A DNA stretch of 64,000 nucleotides from a virus (taxonomy: Duplodnaviria; Caudoviricetes). The stretch is taken from the IMG/VR virus record IMGVR_UViG_3300010882_000012; one strand, 5' to 3'. A program made the translations under genes and the position numbers. This document shows, in pieces, positions 10,416 to 20,916 of this stretch. A model generated the notes under the pieces. That model had not been told where the DNA came from. It ran no database searches and was given only the letters and a program-made list of their open reading frames with translations. The stretch's first letter is position 1. Every line of letters starts with the position of its first letter.

Positions 10416-10820
10416 TTAAGCATCAATTTTTAACTCAATTTCTAAAGTAGTTATTCCTTCTTTACCAAATTTTGTAACAACTGAATAAACATGCCTACCA
10501 CCTCTTTGTGGATGAAAATAGTCTTGTTGTAAGTATGTTAGATATTCTGCAAAATCTTCTATCTCTTCAACTATTCTACCAACTTGTTTAAAACTTAAGC
10601 CTCCAATACAAACATGAACTATTGGAACATTCTTAAAAATTAAACTGTCTCTCATAGTTGTTCTTTGAGAAACCATTTTAATTACATCTTTAAGTGCTTT
10701 ATCATAATTATTATAAAGCCAAGCCCAAAAATCATCAGTAGATTCAATTTTGTAATTATTGATAAAATAGTTTTCAAATTTTTTCTGAAGATAGGATAAT
10801 CTTTTTTCTGTTATTTCCAT
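10416..10820 (-). CDS. Hypothetical protein
   Basis: 134-aa packed ORF. Confidence 0.7.
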   Translation of the reverse strand: MEITEKRLSYLQKKFENYFINNYKIESTDDFWAWLYNNYDKALKDVIKMVSQRTTMRDSLIFKNVPIVHVCIGGLSFKQVGRIVEEIEDFAEYLTYLQQDYFHPQRGGRHVYSVVTKFGKEGITTLEIELKIDA

Positions 10821-10822
10821 AA

Positions 10823-11104
10823 TTATTTTAATAAATGATTAATTTTTAATACTGATCTTTGATCTACTATTTTATGAAAACCATTTGGATCTTCATACAA
10901 GATGTCATTCTCTAGATTTTTTGTAATTCCAACTTTATTAGGAAATTGAGAACCAATTCCAGTAATAGTACAAATAATACCTTCAAATTCTATTCCAGAA
11001 CTTGTTACTTTTGTTAATAAACAATTTTTAGTTTCTTCACATTTTATGTAATATAAAACAATATCACATAATTTTAATTCTTGCCCAATGATGTCTTTTT
11101 GCAT
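10823..11104 (-). CDS. Hypothetical protein
   Basis: 93-aa ORF, KDIIGQELKLCDIV start common in phage proteins. Confidence 0.65.
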   Translation of the reverse strand: MQKDIIGQELKLCDIVLYYIKCEETKNCLLTKVTSSGIEFEGIICTITGIGSQFPNKVGITKNLENDILYEDPNGFHKIVDQRSVLKINHLLK

Positions 11105-11107
11105 AAT

Positions 11108-11358
11108 TTATGGTCTTAAAGCTGTTTTCAATGAATTTAATCCTGCTTCTATTCCTGAAATAAAAGCATCTACATTTTCCACATGTATTGATGGATGATT
11201 TACAATAAGATCTAAACCTATTTCATATTGTTTTAAACTTTCATCTAAATATGCTGCTTTTTAGGATCTTTTCTATCAAACCATTCTCCATCATTATAAT
11301 AATTTTGAGTAGATTTTCTAAAATTTTCTACATGATAACTAAAAACTTGTTCATTCAT
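11108..11358 (-). pseudogene. Frameshifted tandem paralogue of 11383..11622
   Basis: MNEQVF...RKDPKK, then shifted frame AAYLDESLKQYEIGLDLIVNHPS matching QYELGISTILNHPS; shift at the A5 run 11258-11262. Confidence 0.65.
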
Positions 11359-11382
11359 TATTTTATACTTTTATAGTTTTAA

Positions 11383-11622
11383 TTAATTAAAATTAATAGT
11401 TTTAATTACATCATTTATTCCATCTACAAAAGATTCTGCCGATTCACTAAATAAAGATGGATGATTTAAAATAGTTGAAATTCCTAATTCATACTGTCTA
11501 AATTCACTTTCAAGTTCATTCTTTCTTTTAGGATATTGAACTATTAAAATATTGTACCAATCTCTTTGAGATTCTACTTTTTCTGTAACTAATCTTCTTA
11601 TATTTTCTAAATTTGCTATCAT
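11383..11622 (-). CDS. Hypothetical protein
   Basis: 79-aa ORF with adjacent paralogue. Confidence 0.7.
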   Translation of the reverse strand: MIANLENIRRLVTEKVESQRDWYNILIVQYPKRKNELESEFRQYELGISTILNHPSLFSESAESFVDGINDVIKTINFN

Positions 11623-12176
11623 ATATTAAAATCTTTATGTTTTTCAAATAATAATCTATATGCTTTTTTCTCTTTGAAAGTAATTATAATATTTAAAATT
11701 TCTTCTAAATTTTTATAGTTAAACTTATTTGTATCTTTATTATATTTACAATCAAAATATTCTCCATCATACCAAAATTTTATTATACGTCCAACTCTAT
11801 GTTTTTGCATATCTTTCCAACTATGCTTTGGATGTTCAAATTTTTTCAAATTTATACATTCTTGAAGATGTTTAATATTTGAAATATGATCTTTTATAAT
11901 ATCCTCACCTATATAAATTTTATTCATTATTTTTTTTTCTATTGTTTTAGAAACATATTTTTCCATGCACTTAATGATTTTCTTTTCATGAATTTTTGGA
12001 AAGCAATATTTTAAAATATAATAATATGGAAAATCAATAATCCAATTTTTAGTAAATTTCCAAGCAAAATAAAATGGCAATACTCTTAATTGTTGAAATC
12101 GTCTTCTATAATAAGTTCTTGTTTTTGGCGATTCAACATCAATATACCAATCACAAGTTATTGTTCTAACCCACAT
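11619..12176 (-). CDS. Hypothetical protein (start uncertain)
   Basis: 185-aa packed ORF. Confidence 0.6.
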   Translation of the reverse strand: MWVRTITCDWYIDVESPKTRTYYRRRFQQLRVLPFYFAWKFTKNWIIDFPYYYILKYCFPKIHEKKIIKCMEKYVSKTIEKKIMNKIYIGEDIIKDHISNIKHLQECINLKKFEHPKHSWKDMQKHRVGRIIKFWYDGEYFDCKYNKDTNKFNYKNLEEILNIIITFKEKKAYRLLFEKHKDFNI

Positions 12177-12228
12177 TCGTCTCCACCAAAAACTACAAAA
12201 TGAATATCCTCTAACATGACTAACACCT

Positions 12229-12516
12229 TCAAAAATTGATTCTGTTAATTGTTCTTTTGAAATATGGCGTGATGGTGTATATTCTGTTCTTTTTTTGCCA
12301 AAATGGTTTTGGCCATTTTCTAAATTTATGATATCTACAACGAAGACATTTTATTTGATTAAGAGGTGGTTCAGTTCCGCACCAACACATTTCAACTCCA
12401 ACATTATCAGAACATTCTCTACAACGAATTATATTAGATAAAGTTTTATCATAATATTCTCCAATATTAATTACTTTACCACAATCTTTACAATATAAAA
12501 TTTCTTTTGCTATCAT
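12229..12516 (-). CDS. Cys-rich putative zinc-binding protein
   Basis: CKDC, CREC, CWC, CLRC. Confidence 0.6.
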   Translation of the reverse strand: MIAKEILYCKDCGKVINIGEYYDKTLSNIIRCRECSDNVGVEMCWCGTEPPLNQIKCLRCRYHKFRKWPKPFWQKKNRIYTITPYFKRTINRINF

Positions 12517-12851
12517 TTCTTACTCTTTATTTGTAGATGAAAATTTGAAATTTTTTTACATTCTTTTAAAGTTAAAATATCTTTAAATCCAACTTTCTGT
12601 AAAATTTCAGGAATTTCACCATTTAATAATTTAATCGGTTTTTCTGCTGGTTCTATCCACCAATAAGAATATTTTCTTTTACAAGTAACATTTACTTGTT
12701 TTGATTCTTGTTCACAATTTACACAATTAGTATCAAGTACACAATTATCACACTTTCTATTAAAACCAGAAAAATCTACAAAACCTGAATATTGTTTATA
12801 AAAATCCCAAGTTTTTCTAAATATAAATGGATTACTTAATCTATTTTTCAT
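12513..12851 (-). CDS. Cys-rich hypothetical protein
   Basis: CDNC...CVNC. Confidence 0.6.
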   Translation of the reverse strand: MKNRLSNPFIFRKTWDFYKQYSGFVDFSGFNRKCDNCVLDTNCVNCEQESKQVNVTCKRKYSYWWIEPAEKPIKLLNGEIPEILQKVGFKDILTLKECKKISNFHLQIKSKK

Positions 12852-13057
12852 ATTTTAGTTTTATAAAAATTTTCAAATTGTTCTTCTGACATTTCAACAT
12901 GCATAAATTCTCCATGTTTAATAAATTCAAGATCTTCAAATTTATCTTCAAGTTTTAATAATTCTTGAAATCCTAAATATAATATCCATGCATAATCTTC
13001 TTTTTGTAGATGTACCATTTAAAATTCGCTCTTTAATTTCTGTAATTTTATTTGTCA

Positions 13058-13519
13058 TTATTCTATTAATTTAGGATTATCAAAAATATTTCCAATTATT
13101 TCAATTTCACAAATTTGTAAATCTGAAAAATAGTAATTTTTATTTCTACTATTTTTCTTACTCTTATGTGTCTTTTTCATTCCAAATCGTGCATTAAACT
13201 CATTATAAACTACAATAGCATTAAAGTAATATTGATTTCTTTCTGAAATTCCCATATAATTAAAACTATTAGGATCATAAAGAACTTTTACAACATCACC
13301 CTCAAAAATTCTATTACCATTTTTATCTAACATTCCGATAAACTGCCCGATAGTTTCGGGGATAACGTAAATACAAGCAGTTTCAATTCCTTGTTGTTTT
13401 GTAATATTTTTAATATAAAATATTTCTGCAATATCTTTATATAATGATATTAAACTACCTTCTATCCATTTCCCTGTTTTATTTTCTTTACCCCTAAATA
13501 AATATTGTCTTGTTATCAT
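13058..13519 (-). CDS. YopX family protein
   Basis: FRGK...GKWIEGSL...PETIGQFIGMLDKNGNRIFEGDVV...EIIGNIFDNP. Confidence 0.9.
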   Translation of the reverse strand: MITRQYLFRGKENKTGKWIEGSLISLYKDIAEIFYIKNITKQQGIETACIYVIPETIGQFIGMLDKNGNRIFEGDVVKVLYDPNSFNYMGISERNQYYFNAIVVYNEFNARFGMKKTHKSKKNSRNKNYYFSDLQICEIEIIGNIFDNPKLIE

Positions 13520-13522
13520 ATT

Positions 13523-13954
13523 TTATTTTAAAAATTCTTTAATTTCTTTTTCTGTTAAACCAGCTTCTTTTAATTCATTTGCTAATTCATAATATTCTCT
13601 TTCTAATTCATCTGGTATATGTTCTCTTTCAATATTTACATTATTTCTTCCATAAAATTCTAGAATTTTTAATATTATAACCAAAAGTATTATTAATGGT
13701 ATTATAATAGCAGCAAACAAAATAAATGAAACTACAAATAATCCCATAAGACAAATACTTAATATCCAATAAATAGGTGTTAAAAAAACATAAATAAAAA
13801 GATTATTACTTTCTTTACATTTATCTTCATCAAAATCTAATCCACCACACAACCACCAAAATAGTCCAATAATTACTGTTAGAAGTAATATCCACCAATT
13901 ATCTGTCCATCCAAAAAATTGAACTGTATCCTGCCAAAAACTATAAGGTTCCAT
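13523..13954 (-). CDS. Membrane protein
   Basis: 2-3 hydrophobic segments. Confidence 0.7.
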   Translation of the reverse strand: MEPYSFWQDTVQFFGWTDNWWILLLTVIIGLFWWLCGGLDFDEDKCKESNNLFIYVFLTPIYWILSICLMGLFVVSFILFAAIIIPLIILLVIILKILEFYGRNNVNIEREHIPDELEREYYELANELKEAGLTEKEIKEFLK

Positions 13955-14387
13955 TTGTATTATTTAAATAATCTAAATTTCTATAAAATCCTTTATATTC
14001 AAGTTTAAAAAACTTTCCAAAATCTGTTATTTCTGTTTTTATGGAAGATTTTCTATATCCTTCCATTATATCATCATCTTCATCATGAAAATAATAATTA
14101 TTATCTATTACTTTTACTGTTGCTTCTTTAATAAATTCTACTATACAATCTAAATATTTTTTCCCTTTAAATTCCTCAATATTTAATCTTGTAATTTTCA
14201 TTCCCTCTGGATCATTTTTTGTTTTTTCTTTAATATAATCTATTGCTTCTTCTATAGAATTAAAAATATTCAATGAATCAAATCCAATTCTAGTTTGTGC
14301 TTTAGTTTCCGCCCAACATGGTACTCCTCTACATTTATAAACAGGTACTGTTGCTTCTAGTTTTCTTTGTAAAATAAAAATTTCCAT
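13941..14387 (-). CDS. Hypothetical protein
   Basis: 148-aa packed ORF. Confidence 0.7.
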   Translation of the reverse strand: MEIFILQRKLEATVPVYKCRGVPCWAETKAQTRIGFDSLNIFNSIEEAIDYIKEKTKNDPEGMKITRLNIEEFKGKKYLDCIVEFIKEATVKVIDNNYYFHDEDDDIMEGYRKSSIKTEITDFGKFFKLEYKGFYRNLDYLNNTNGTL

Positions 14388-14659
14388 TATTCATTATTTG
14401 TTTTTAATAATTCTGTTTCTAAATCTTCAACTCTTCCTTCTAATTCATGTCCCCAATCTCTAAGTTTAGAATTATCAGATCTTAAATCTTCTAATATATC
14501 ATCAAAATTCCATAATTCAGATTCTATTTCATCAATAGTATCCTTTAATTCTGTTACTTCTTCTAACTTACTTGCATACTTAATAATTCTATAGACTGAC
14601 TTAATTTTATCAATTGCCTTATCAATATCAGGACAAGTATGTCTTACAGGTGCTGCCAT
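14387..14659 (-). CDS. Coiled-coil hypothetical protein
   Basis: HTCPDID...LEDLRSDNSKLRDWG. Confidence 0.7.
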   Translation of the reverse strand: MAAPVRHTCPDIDKAIDKIKSVYRIIKYASKLEEVTELKDTIDEIESELWNFDDILEDLRSDNSKLRDWGHELEGRVEDLETELLKTNNE

Positions 14660-15330
14660 TTTTCATAATTTAATTTTGCCTTTTTCCAATTTTTTTTCCA
14701 ATGAGAATCGGTTTGTACATGATTTTCTCTCACATATTTAACAACATGGGTATTGAAATCTTTAACATCAAACTCATCTACTATTCTAACTACAACTCCT
14801 TCTATTTCATTTCCATATGCACTTCCCCATTTCATATGACACTCTATGATTTCTTTTTCAAGTTGTCTCATATCTCTAAACTTTCCTCTTCCTAAAACAG
14901 GAACTGTTGGAATTTCAAGTATAGTTGCAAAATCTTCAACCTCTGTCCATCTTAAAAACTTATCTTTATGCCTAATAGCAAACAAATGAAAATACTTATT
15001 AAGATTATTATACTCAATAGAATGAACTCCATAAAGATTTTCACCATAATAAATTGTATCCTCATCAAGATATGGTTTTATTCTATCAAATAATCCACCC
15101 TCTTGCCAAAGATTTTTATTCCAAGGATGATGTGCTTCTGAAGAATGAGAACGTGCAAAAACTCCATCAAATTTAAGAGCTGAATTTTCTCCATCAAGTT
15201 TTTCTGTTAAAACTAAATTATGAGAAATAAACCAATCCCAATCAACATTTGCAATCTTATCATCCCCACTTAATCCTGGACTAAATGGAAAATGAAAAGT
15301 TCTTGGATATTTTGTACTATTTTCTATCAT
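14644..15330 (-). CDS. ATP-dependent RNA ligase (covalent nucleotidyltransferase superfamily)
   Basis: KYPRTFH; motif I TEKLDGEN, III YYGEN, IIIa FHLFAI, IV EGVVVR, V VKYVR. Confidence 0.88.
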   Translation of the reverse strand: MIENSTKYPRTFHFPFSPGLSGDDKIANVDWDWFISHNLVLTEKLDGENSALKFDGVFARSHSSEAHHPWNKNLWQEGGLFDRIKPYLDEDTIYYGENLYGVHSIEYNNLNKYFHLFAIRHKDKFLRWTEVEDFATILEIPTVPVLGRGKFRDMRQLEKEIIECHMKWGSAYGNEIEGVVVRIVDEFDVKDFNTHVVKYVRENHVQTDSHWKKNWKKAKLNYEKWQHL

Positions 15331-15568
15331 TTTTTATTAACAATTTCTATTCTACAAATATCACGCCAACTTAATAAAATAGAAGTTTTATTCCATTTAT
15401 CAATAATTACATCATCAATCATAATACCACTACCATTAAAATGATCTATAGTACCTTTAATATCTGCAACTGTGCAAGGAACTTTCTTTTTATTACAAAA
15501 ATAATGATAATATTCCCATAACTTTATTTTAATAATATCTCCTTTTTCTAACTTATCCCACATCATAA

Positions 15569-15886
15569 TTATTTCTTTACACTAAATTCAAATTTTGCTT
15601 CATAACTTTCATTATATCTTGGTTTATCATAATAGACATTCCAACCTGCATTTCTAAAAATTTGTTCAAAATCTAACCATCTTTTATCATAAATTTCTCT
15701 ACTATTTGTATCAGGATTTCTCTTAATAATCTCCGCAACAATATCTTTTTGTAATATGGTTGTTGATTTTCCTGTAGAAATAGAACCTATTAATAATTCA
15801 TTTACAGATTCTATTACAAAATCGGGAATTCTTTCATTTTTACATCCTAAAATTTCTTCTGATGTTAAAGCTTTTACTTCTTTCAT
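15569..15886 (-). CDS. Hypothetical phage protein
   Basis: IPDFVIESVNELL...WLDFEQIFRNAGWNVYYDKP. Confidence 0.7.
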   Translation of the reverse strand: MKEVKALTSEEILGCKNERIPDFVIESVNELLIGSISTGKSTTILQKDIVAEIIKRNPDTNSREIYDKRWLDFEQIFRNAGWNVYYDKPRYNESYEAKFEFSVKK

Positions 15887-15889
15887 ATA

Positions 15890-16681
15890 TTATTGATTTA
15901 CAAAATTTATAATATCTTTTATATAGTTTTTAGTCAACTCAATAAAATTTATTGTTTTTGAATTAAGTTGCGCGAGTTTATAAATTAAAACCGGATTATG
16001 AATAGCACAAATAATTTGAGTATCTTCTCTATAATTAGAAAGAATATTATAAACCATTTTAGTATTCTCTAAATCCATATTTCTATCAGGCTCATCCATT
16101 AATAAAGAAACAATATTATCATCAATATTATTATTTTTAAAATATTTTACAAGCTGATCTATTCTTGATTTCCAAATATCATTACAACCTTCTTTAAGTT
16201 TTTGTAATTGTTCTAATCCCATTGCAATATTACTATCTTCTCCAAACATTTCATTAAATAAAAGATTAAAAGATTGAATATTTTTCTGACCATCACTTAA
16301 AGAATTTCCCGAAATCATTTGATTAAAGTTCAATATATTTTCTAAACTTTCGTCTCCTTTAATATCTGAATGAAGACGATAATTATATGTTTTAACACCA
16401 TAATTAGCTTTTACTTCAATACCATCATAAAATTCATTACTTCCATAATCAACATATTCTTGCCAAAATTTTAAATCAGTTGCTAAAGTAATATCAGATG
16501 AAAAATCATTTATTAAAGTATAATGCTTTAATATATTAAGTACTGTTGATTTTCCAGAACCATTAATACCAACTAAAATATTTGTTCCTTCTTTAAATTC
16601 TATTTTAGTTGGCAAACTTACATCTTTAAAATAAGCATGATGAGCTTTTTTGAAATCCTTAAATTCTAAAGAATAAATCAT
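15890..16681 (-). CDS. ABC-type ATPase
   Basis: Walker A GINGSGKST, signature LSDGQ, Walker B LLMDEPD, H-loop AIH. Confidence 0.88.
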   Translation of the reverse strand: MIYSLEFKDFKKAHHAYFKDVSLPTKIEFKEGTNILVGINGSGKSTVLNILKHYTLINDFSSDITLATDLKFWQEYVDYGSNEFYDGIEVKANYGVKTYNYRLHSDIKGDESLENILNFNQMISGNSLSDGQKNIQSFNLLFNEMFGEDSNIAMGLEQLQKLKEGCNDIWKSRIDQLVKYFKNNNIDDNIVSLLMDEPDRNMDLENTKMVYNILSNYREDTQIICAIHNPVLIYKLAQLNSKTINFIELTKNYIKDIINFVNQ

Positions 16682-16687
16682 ATTTTT

Positions 16688-16939
16688 TTATTTAAATGGT
16701 GCTAAACAATAATTTTCAAATTCTTCTATTCTTGTATCTTCTATAGAAAGAACAAGTTTTACTTCATTTCTTGTAAATTGAACTTCTTTAATAGGTCTAT
16801 CTATATTATCTTCAAAGTTTACTGTTATAGTTTTTTCACCCATATCAATAACAGTATAAAAATTACCATTATATTGAGCATAAGCTGAATTTTTGTTTAC
16901 TTGGATCTCTGCTAAAAGACTTAAATTGTGATTTTTCAT
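16688..16939 (-). CDS. Hypothetical protein
   Basis: 83-aa ORF directly after a promoter motif. Confidence 0.65.
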   Translation of the reverse strand: MKNHNLSLLAEIQVNKNSAYAQYNGNFYTVIDMGEKTITVNFEDNIDRPIKEVQFTRNEVKLVLSIEDTRIEEFENYCLAPFK

Positions 16940-16962
16940 AATTCATTATTTTTAATAATAAG

Positions 16963-17021
16963 GTAAAAATACAAAAAATAACAATACAAAAGATTATTAT
17001 AAAAGAAAAATTACTAACAAT
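16963..17021 (-). promoter_or_regulatory. Conserved promoter motif copy 2
   Basis: ATTGTTAGTAAT...GTATTTTTAC, 59 bp. Confidence 0.8.
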
Positions 17022-17333
17022 TTATACTCTAATATATCCATATGTTGTAATATCTTTACATGCTTTTTTTAAAATATTCCAAGCACGATAATATTGTATT
17101 GGATAACCATCTGTAATATTAATATCATTAATAAAGTATTCAAAAATAAGTTTTTGTGTAATACTAAGAAGATCATATTCATATTTAACAAGTTTAATAT
17201 AAAGATCTTTATAAATTGTACCAAGTGGCTCATTTGTAAGATAATATTTATGATAATCAAGAAATTCTGCTAATATAATAACAGATTCCTTAATTTTTTC
17301 TTCATTTGTTCTCCAATCTTTATCCCAACTCAT
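17022..17333 (-). CDS. Hypothetical protein
   Basis: 103-aa packed ORF. Confidence 0.65.
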   Translation of the reverse strand: MSWDKDWRTNEEKIKESVIILAEFLDYHKYYLTNEPLGTIYKDLYIKLVKYEYDLLSITQKLIFEYFINDINITDGYPIQYYRAWNILKKACKDITTYGYIRV

Positions 17334-17334
17334 A

Positions 17335-17607
17335 TTAAATATATGTTATAAATCCTTTTTCTTTAATTTCTTTACGAAAATTTTTAATTAATTGTAAAGC
17401 ATACCATTGAACATTATCTCCTTCTCCGGAAATATCAAGAGGAGGTTTTGGTTCCCAATTATAATCAAACATATCACAAATAAGCATTTCAATAATTCTT
17501 GTAATACCTGTGGATGAACTTAATAAAGCTTCATAACTATCTATTTTATCTAAAGATAGTGCAATTACTCTGATTGCATCTCTTAAAAATTGTTGTGTAC
17601 AATTCAT
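17335..17607 (-). CDS. Hypothetical protein
   Basis: 90-aa packed ORF. Confidence 0.65.
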   Translation of the reverse strand: MNCTQQFLRDAIRVIALSLDKIDSYEALLSSSTGITRIIEMLICDMFDYNWEPKPPLDISGEGDNVQWYALQLIKNFRKEIKEKGFITYI

Positions 17608-17623
17608 AATTTTTTATTTAGCA

Positions 17624-18481
17624 TTATTTTTCACATACATTATCAATATTTTCTTTTGGACAATATCCTTTATTTTTCTCGCCATTCTTTAATCCTTTAA
17701 TTAAATATTGTCCATTTTCTTTTATAAGATATCGAGAATCTTTTCCAGTTGGTCTCATTAAAAATCCACCTCTTAATCCACTAAAGTAAGATGAATAATG
17801 ACCTCGAAATCTTTTTATGTTCACACCTTCATTTTTACATCCCTCTTTAACTTTTCCATATTTAAGTAAAAAACTTTGAAGTTGTTTCCATGTACAAGTT
17901 AATCCAACTTTCGAATACATCTCAACGAAATCTAAACATTTTTCTTTTAATGATTTTTGATATGGATCTTCTTGTTGGTACCAAAATACCCAATAAGGAT
18001 AACCGGAAGATTTATTAGCACCTTGCATTACCATAGTCAACTTTAATTTTGGATCATTATTATACAATTGTAAATAGAGTTCAATTTTTTCAGGATGTCC
18101 TGCTGCCCCAAAAAAGAATCCAATACCTCTTGAATTTTCTAATCCCCTTGCTGCTAATTCTAAAGATTGATCATTTTTATTATAATCCCACTGTGACATT
18201 CTATCTGAATAAACTGCGCGATTATTTTCTGACCAATTTTTTCTATCCATCCAAAGAACATAAGGATCATAACTATACTGTGCATTACTTGGTGTATCTC
18301 TATTCGGTCTTCCATGTTCATCATGATATTGACCAGAATAAGGTATTGCATTTCTTAAAAATTCTCGGTAGCGAATATCTTCTTCAGAATAAAAACTACT
18401 TCTACCATTCCAATCACCACCTCTATATCCAAAGTGTGAAAAACCACGATAACCATCTGTGTAAATAAGATCTTCTTGCAT
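17624..18481 (-). CDS. Two-domain hypothetical protein; C-terminal module resembles repeats in 37400..38665
   Basis: YSYDPYVLW...VYSDRMSQWD...GANKSSGYPYWVF; C-terminal SSYF...KDSRYLI. Confidence 0.75.
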   Translation of the reverse strand: MQEDLIYTDGYRGFSHFGYRGGDWNGRSSFYSEEDIRYREFLRNAIPYSGQYHDEHGRPNRDTPSNAQYSYDPYVLWMDRKNWSENNRAVYSDRMSQWDYNKNDQSLELAARGLENSRGIGFFFGAAGHPEKIELYLQLYNNDPKLKLTMVMQGANKSSGYPYWVFWYQQEDPYQKSLKEKCLDFVEMYSKVGLTCTWKQLQSFLLKYGKVKEGCKNEGVNIKRFRGHYSSYFSGLRGGFLMRPTGKDSRYLIKENGQYLIKGLKNGEKNKGYCPKENIDNVCEK

Positions 18482-19040
18482 AATATTTTAAATTTTTTAT
18501 TAATAATTTCTATTTAAGATGTATTAAATCATCCCAAGCTTTTTGAATTGATTTCTTTATAACCATTATATAATCACCACTATGGTAATTTTTTGTAAGA
18601 ATTTCTTCAATATCCTCTTTTCTACAAAAGAAATCTGAATTTACAAAAAATAGTACTTGCATAACGATAAGTATCTCGTACTGTTTTCAAATAATCATAA
18701 CGTCTGTATCTATAATTATCTGCTAATTTTTCTAAAGTTTCCATAAATGGATTAAAATTGGTTAAATCTATTGTTCTTTTCATGCTTCTAACTATTTACA
18801 TGGAACCATCATCCATTATATTATGAGATAAAACCGAAACTCCGGAATCAAATCCATAACAAAAAACCTGTCTAAATTTTTCTTCTATCATTCCCATTGC
18901 AACAGGAAATTGTTTTTTATTAATTTTAAGTTTTTGACAAAGTTGATTAGCAAGAATTATTAAATCCGTTGCTATTTCTTTATTATCAACTGCTTCTCTA
19001 AAAGCTCTGTCTGAATAAAAATATTCTTTTACCATAATTT

Positions 19041-19505
19041 TTAATTTTTATTAAATAAAACATCCCCCATTTGTTTTGAAAGTAAAATAAGTGATTCATA
19101 TATTTCAATAGAAATTTCTTCTACACCTACACAACCAGAACAAGTTCCAAGTAACCAAGATTTTTGTACCGAACCTCTCGATGTAGTAAAATTTGCCGGC
19201 ATTGCACCATTTTCTTTTAAATATGAAAGAATAGGTTTACCTGGAATAATATAATCTTGTACATCACTATCAAAAGTTTCTTTATCTATCCAAACTAAAT
19301 TATAAGAACTATTATTATGGTTAATCATAAAAACCTTTCCAACCATTGAACTTAATTTTCTATTTTGTTCAATTTGTTTTTGTTCTTTTGCTTCTCTTTG
19401 TTCTTTAAGTGCTTGTTCATGATTTTCACAATATTTTTTTAAAGTAATATTAGGATTATTCTCATAAATATCTGAAAATACTGTAAGATTGTGTACCTGT
19501 CTCAT
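19041..19505 (-). CDS. Hypothetical protein (start corrected to MRQVH)
   Basis: Track start runs through the promoter motif; ATG at 19505 follows the leader. Confidence 0.7.
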   Translation of the reverse strand: MRQVHNLTVFSDIYENNPNITLKKYCENHEQALKEQREAKEQKQIEQNRKLSSMVGKVFMINHNNSSYNLVWIDKETFDSDVQDYIIPGKPILSYLKENGAMPANFTTSRGSVQKSWLLGTCSGCVGVEEISIEIYESLILLSKQMGDVLFNKN

Positions 19506-19524
19506 ATTTCTAAATTTTAATAAT

Positions 19525-19595
19525 ACAAAAATACATCTTTTTTCTTTACCAAAAGCTTTAAAAAGAAAAAAGTTACTAACAATGTTAGTAACCTT
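19525..19595 (-). promoter_or_regulatory. Promoter motif copy 3 fused to terminator hairpin
   Basis: GTTACTAAC-att-GTTAGTAAC hairpin + T-run; -7 box GTATTTTTGT. Confidence 0.8.
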
Positions 19596-19704
19596 CTCTT
19601 GCCAAAGACCATCCAAATTAAACTATGTAAAAAAGGTAATTATACCATAGATTATTGTAACAGTTAAGCTACTATTAAAAGCTAAATTATACAAAATATT
19701 GTAT

Positions 19705-20151
19705 TCATAAATTTTTCATTTTTTCAATAAATTCTTTCATTTCTTTTTCAGTAAATGGAAAACTTTGAGTACCAAAATTTACTTTTTCTAAATCCCAACA
19801 AGCACATTTAACAGGATTTTCATATGTCCATCCACAATCATATCCTCCATGTTCCCAAAAAGCGCAATTCTTTGGTCTTTGTCCCGGTTTACAAACTCTA
19901 TCTGGATCTTCTTGATGTTCATTTCCACAAGTAAAAGCTGATAAAGAATAAATTTTATCTACTTCTTTTTGATTTATAAAACCATCATCTTCTTGTCCTT
20001 TTACATATTGAGAAAGACAATCATTATTCTCCGGATATCCTTCTATAAAAGCATATTCAAGATATAATTTTCCGTTTTCATCTTTTCTAAGATAAACAAA
20101 ATTTTCTCCAAGACCTTTAAAATTTACAATTTCTTTAAGCAAATTTTCCAT
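19705..20151 (-). CDS. Cys-containing hypothetical protein
   Basis: 148-aa ORF. Confidence 0.7.
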   Translation of the reverse strand: MENLLKEIVNFKGLGENFVYLRKDENGKLYLEYAFIEGYPENNDCLSQYVKGQEDDGFINQKEVDKIYSLSAFTCGNEHQEDPDRVCKPGQRPKNCAFWEHGGYDCGWTYENPVKCACWDLEKVNFGTQSFPFTEKEMKEFIEKMKNL

Positions 20152-20172
20152 ATTTTTATAATTTAAGTTGTA

Positions 20173-20916
20173 TTACCATATTTTATAATTTCTTGATTTG
20201 TATGGATAAAAAATAAGTTTTGCTCTTATTTTTTCATTGGTAGTAACATAAGTATTTCCTTTATAAATAGGTTCTTCTAATATATCAATAGTTAAATCAT
20301 TTCTTTTACAACCATAAATTCTTGCCGGCGCATTTTTCATTCCATTTATTGCTTTTTGTAAAGTACAATTTTTTCTATACAATAAATTTCTTATTAATTC
20401 AACTCCAGCATCAATTCCGATAGAATGAATTTCGTCCCAACCGATAACGACTTTAGCTCCTTTGTTTATAAAAGTTTTTGCAAAATGAGATTTATGTTTT
20501 AATCCACAGCATGGAACAAAATAAATTAAAGAATTTTGTAATGAATTTTCTGGATAATATTTTTCAAAAAATTTATGAGATATTGCTAAAAATTTAGGTT
20601 TATTTTCTTTAGTTCCATAATCTGGTGAAATAAAATCATCTATACATTCTTTATCAATTTTATTTTTATTATGACAAAATAAAACTTCATTTGTTAAAAT
20701 CCAACTTTTCTTATTAAAAACTTTTCCATGTGTAATCAAGAAAATAACATCATATCCTTGTAATCCAGTCTTAAAAAATTCAATATCAGCATAAGTAATA
20801 ATTTTTACTTCAAAATTATATTTTATAAAAGCTAATGGTAAAACATTCATACAATTTACTACATCTTTTCTATGTGGTAATCCAGCTTCACAATTTATAA
20901 TAAGACATTTTTTCAT
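20173..20916 (-). CDS. Possible caspase/gingipain-fold (C25/CHAT-like) protein
   Basis: YDVIFLITHG ... SLIYFVPCCG ... FAKTFINKGAKVVIGWD; His-Gly and Cys after beta-strands. Confidence 0.45.
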   Translation of the reverse strand: MKKCLIINCEAGLPHRKDVVNCMNVLPLAFIKYNFEVKIITYADIEFFKTGLQGYDVIFLITHGKVFNKKSWILTNEVLFCHNKNKIDKECIDDFISPDYGTKENKPKFLAISHKFFEKYYPENSLQNSLIYFVPCCGLKHKSHFAKTFINKGAKVVIGWDEIHSIGIDAGVELIRNLLYRKNCTLQKAINGMKNAPARIYGCKRNDLTIDILEEPIYKGNTYVTTNEKIRAKLIFYPYKSRNYKIW

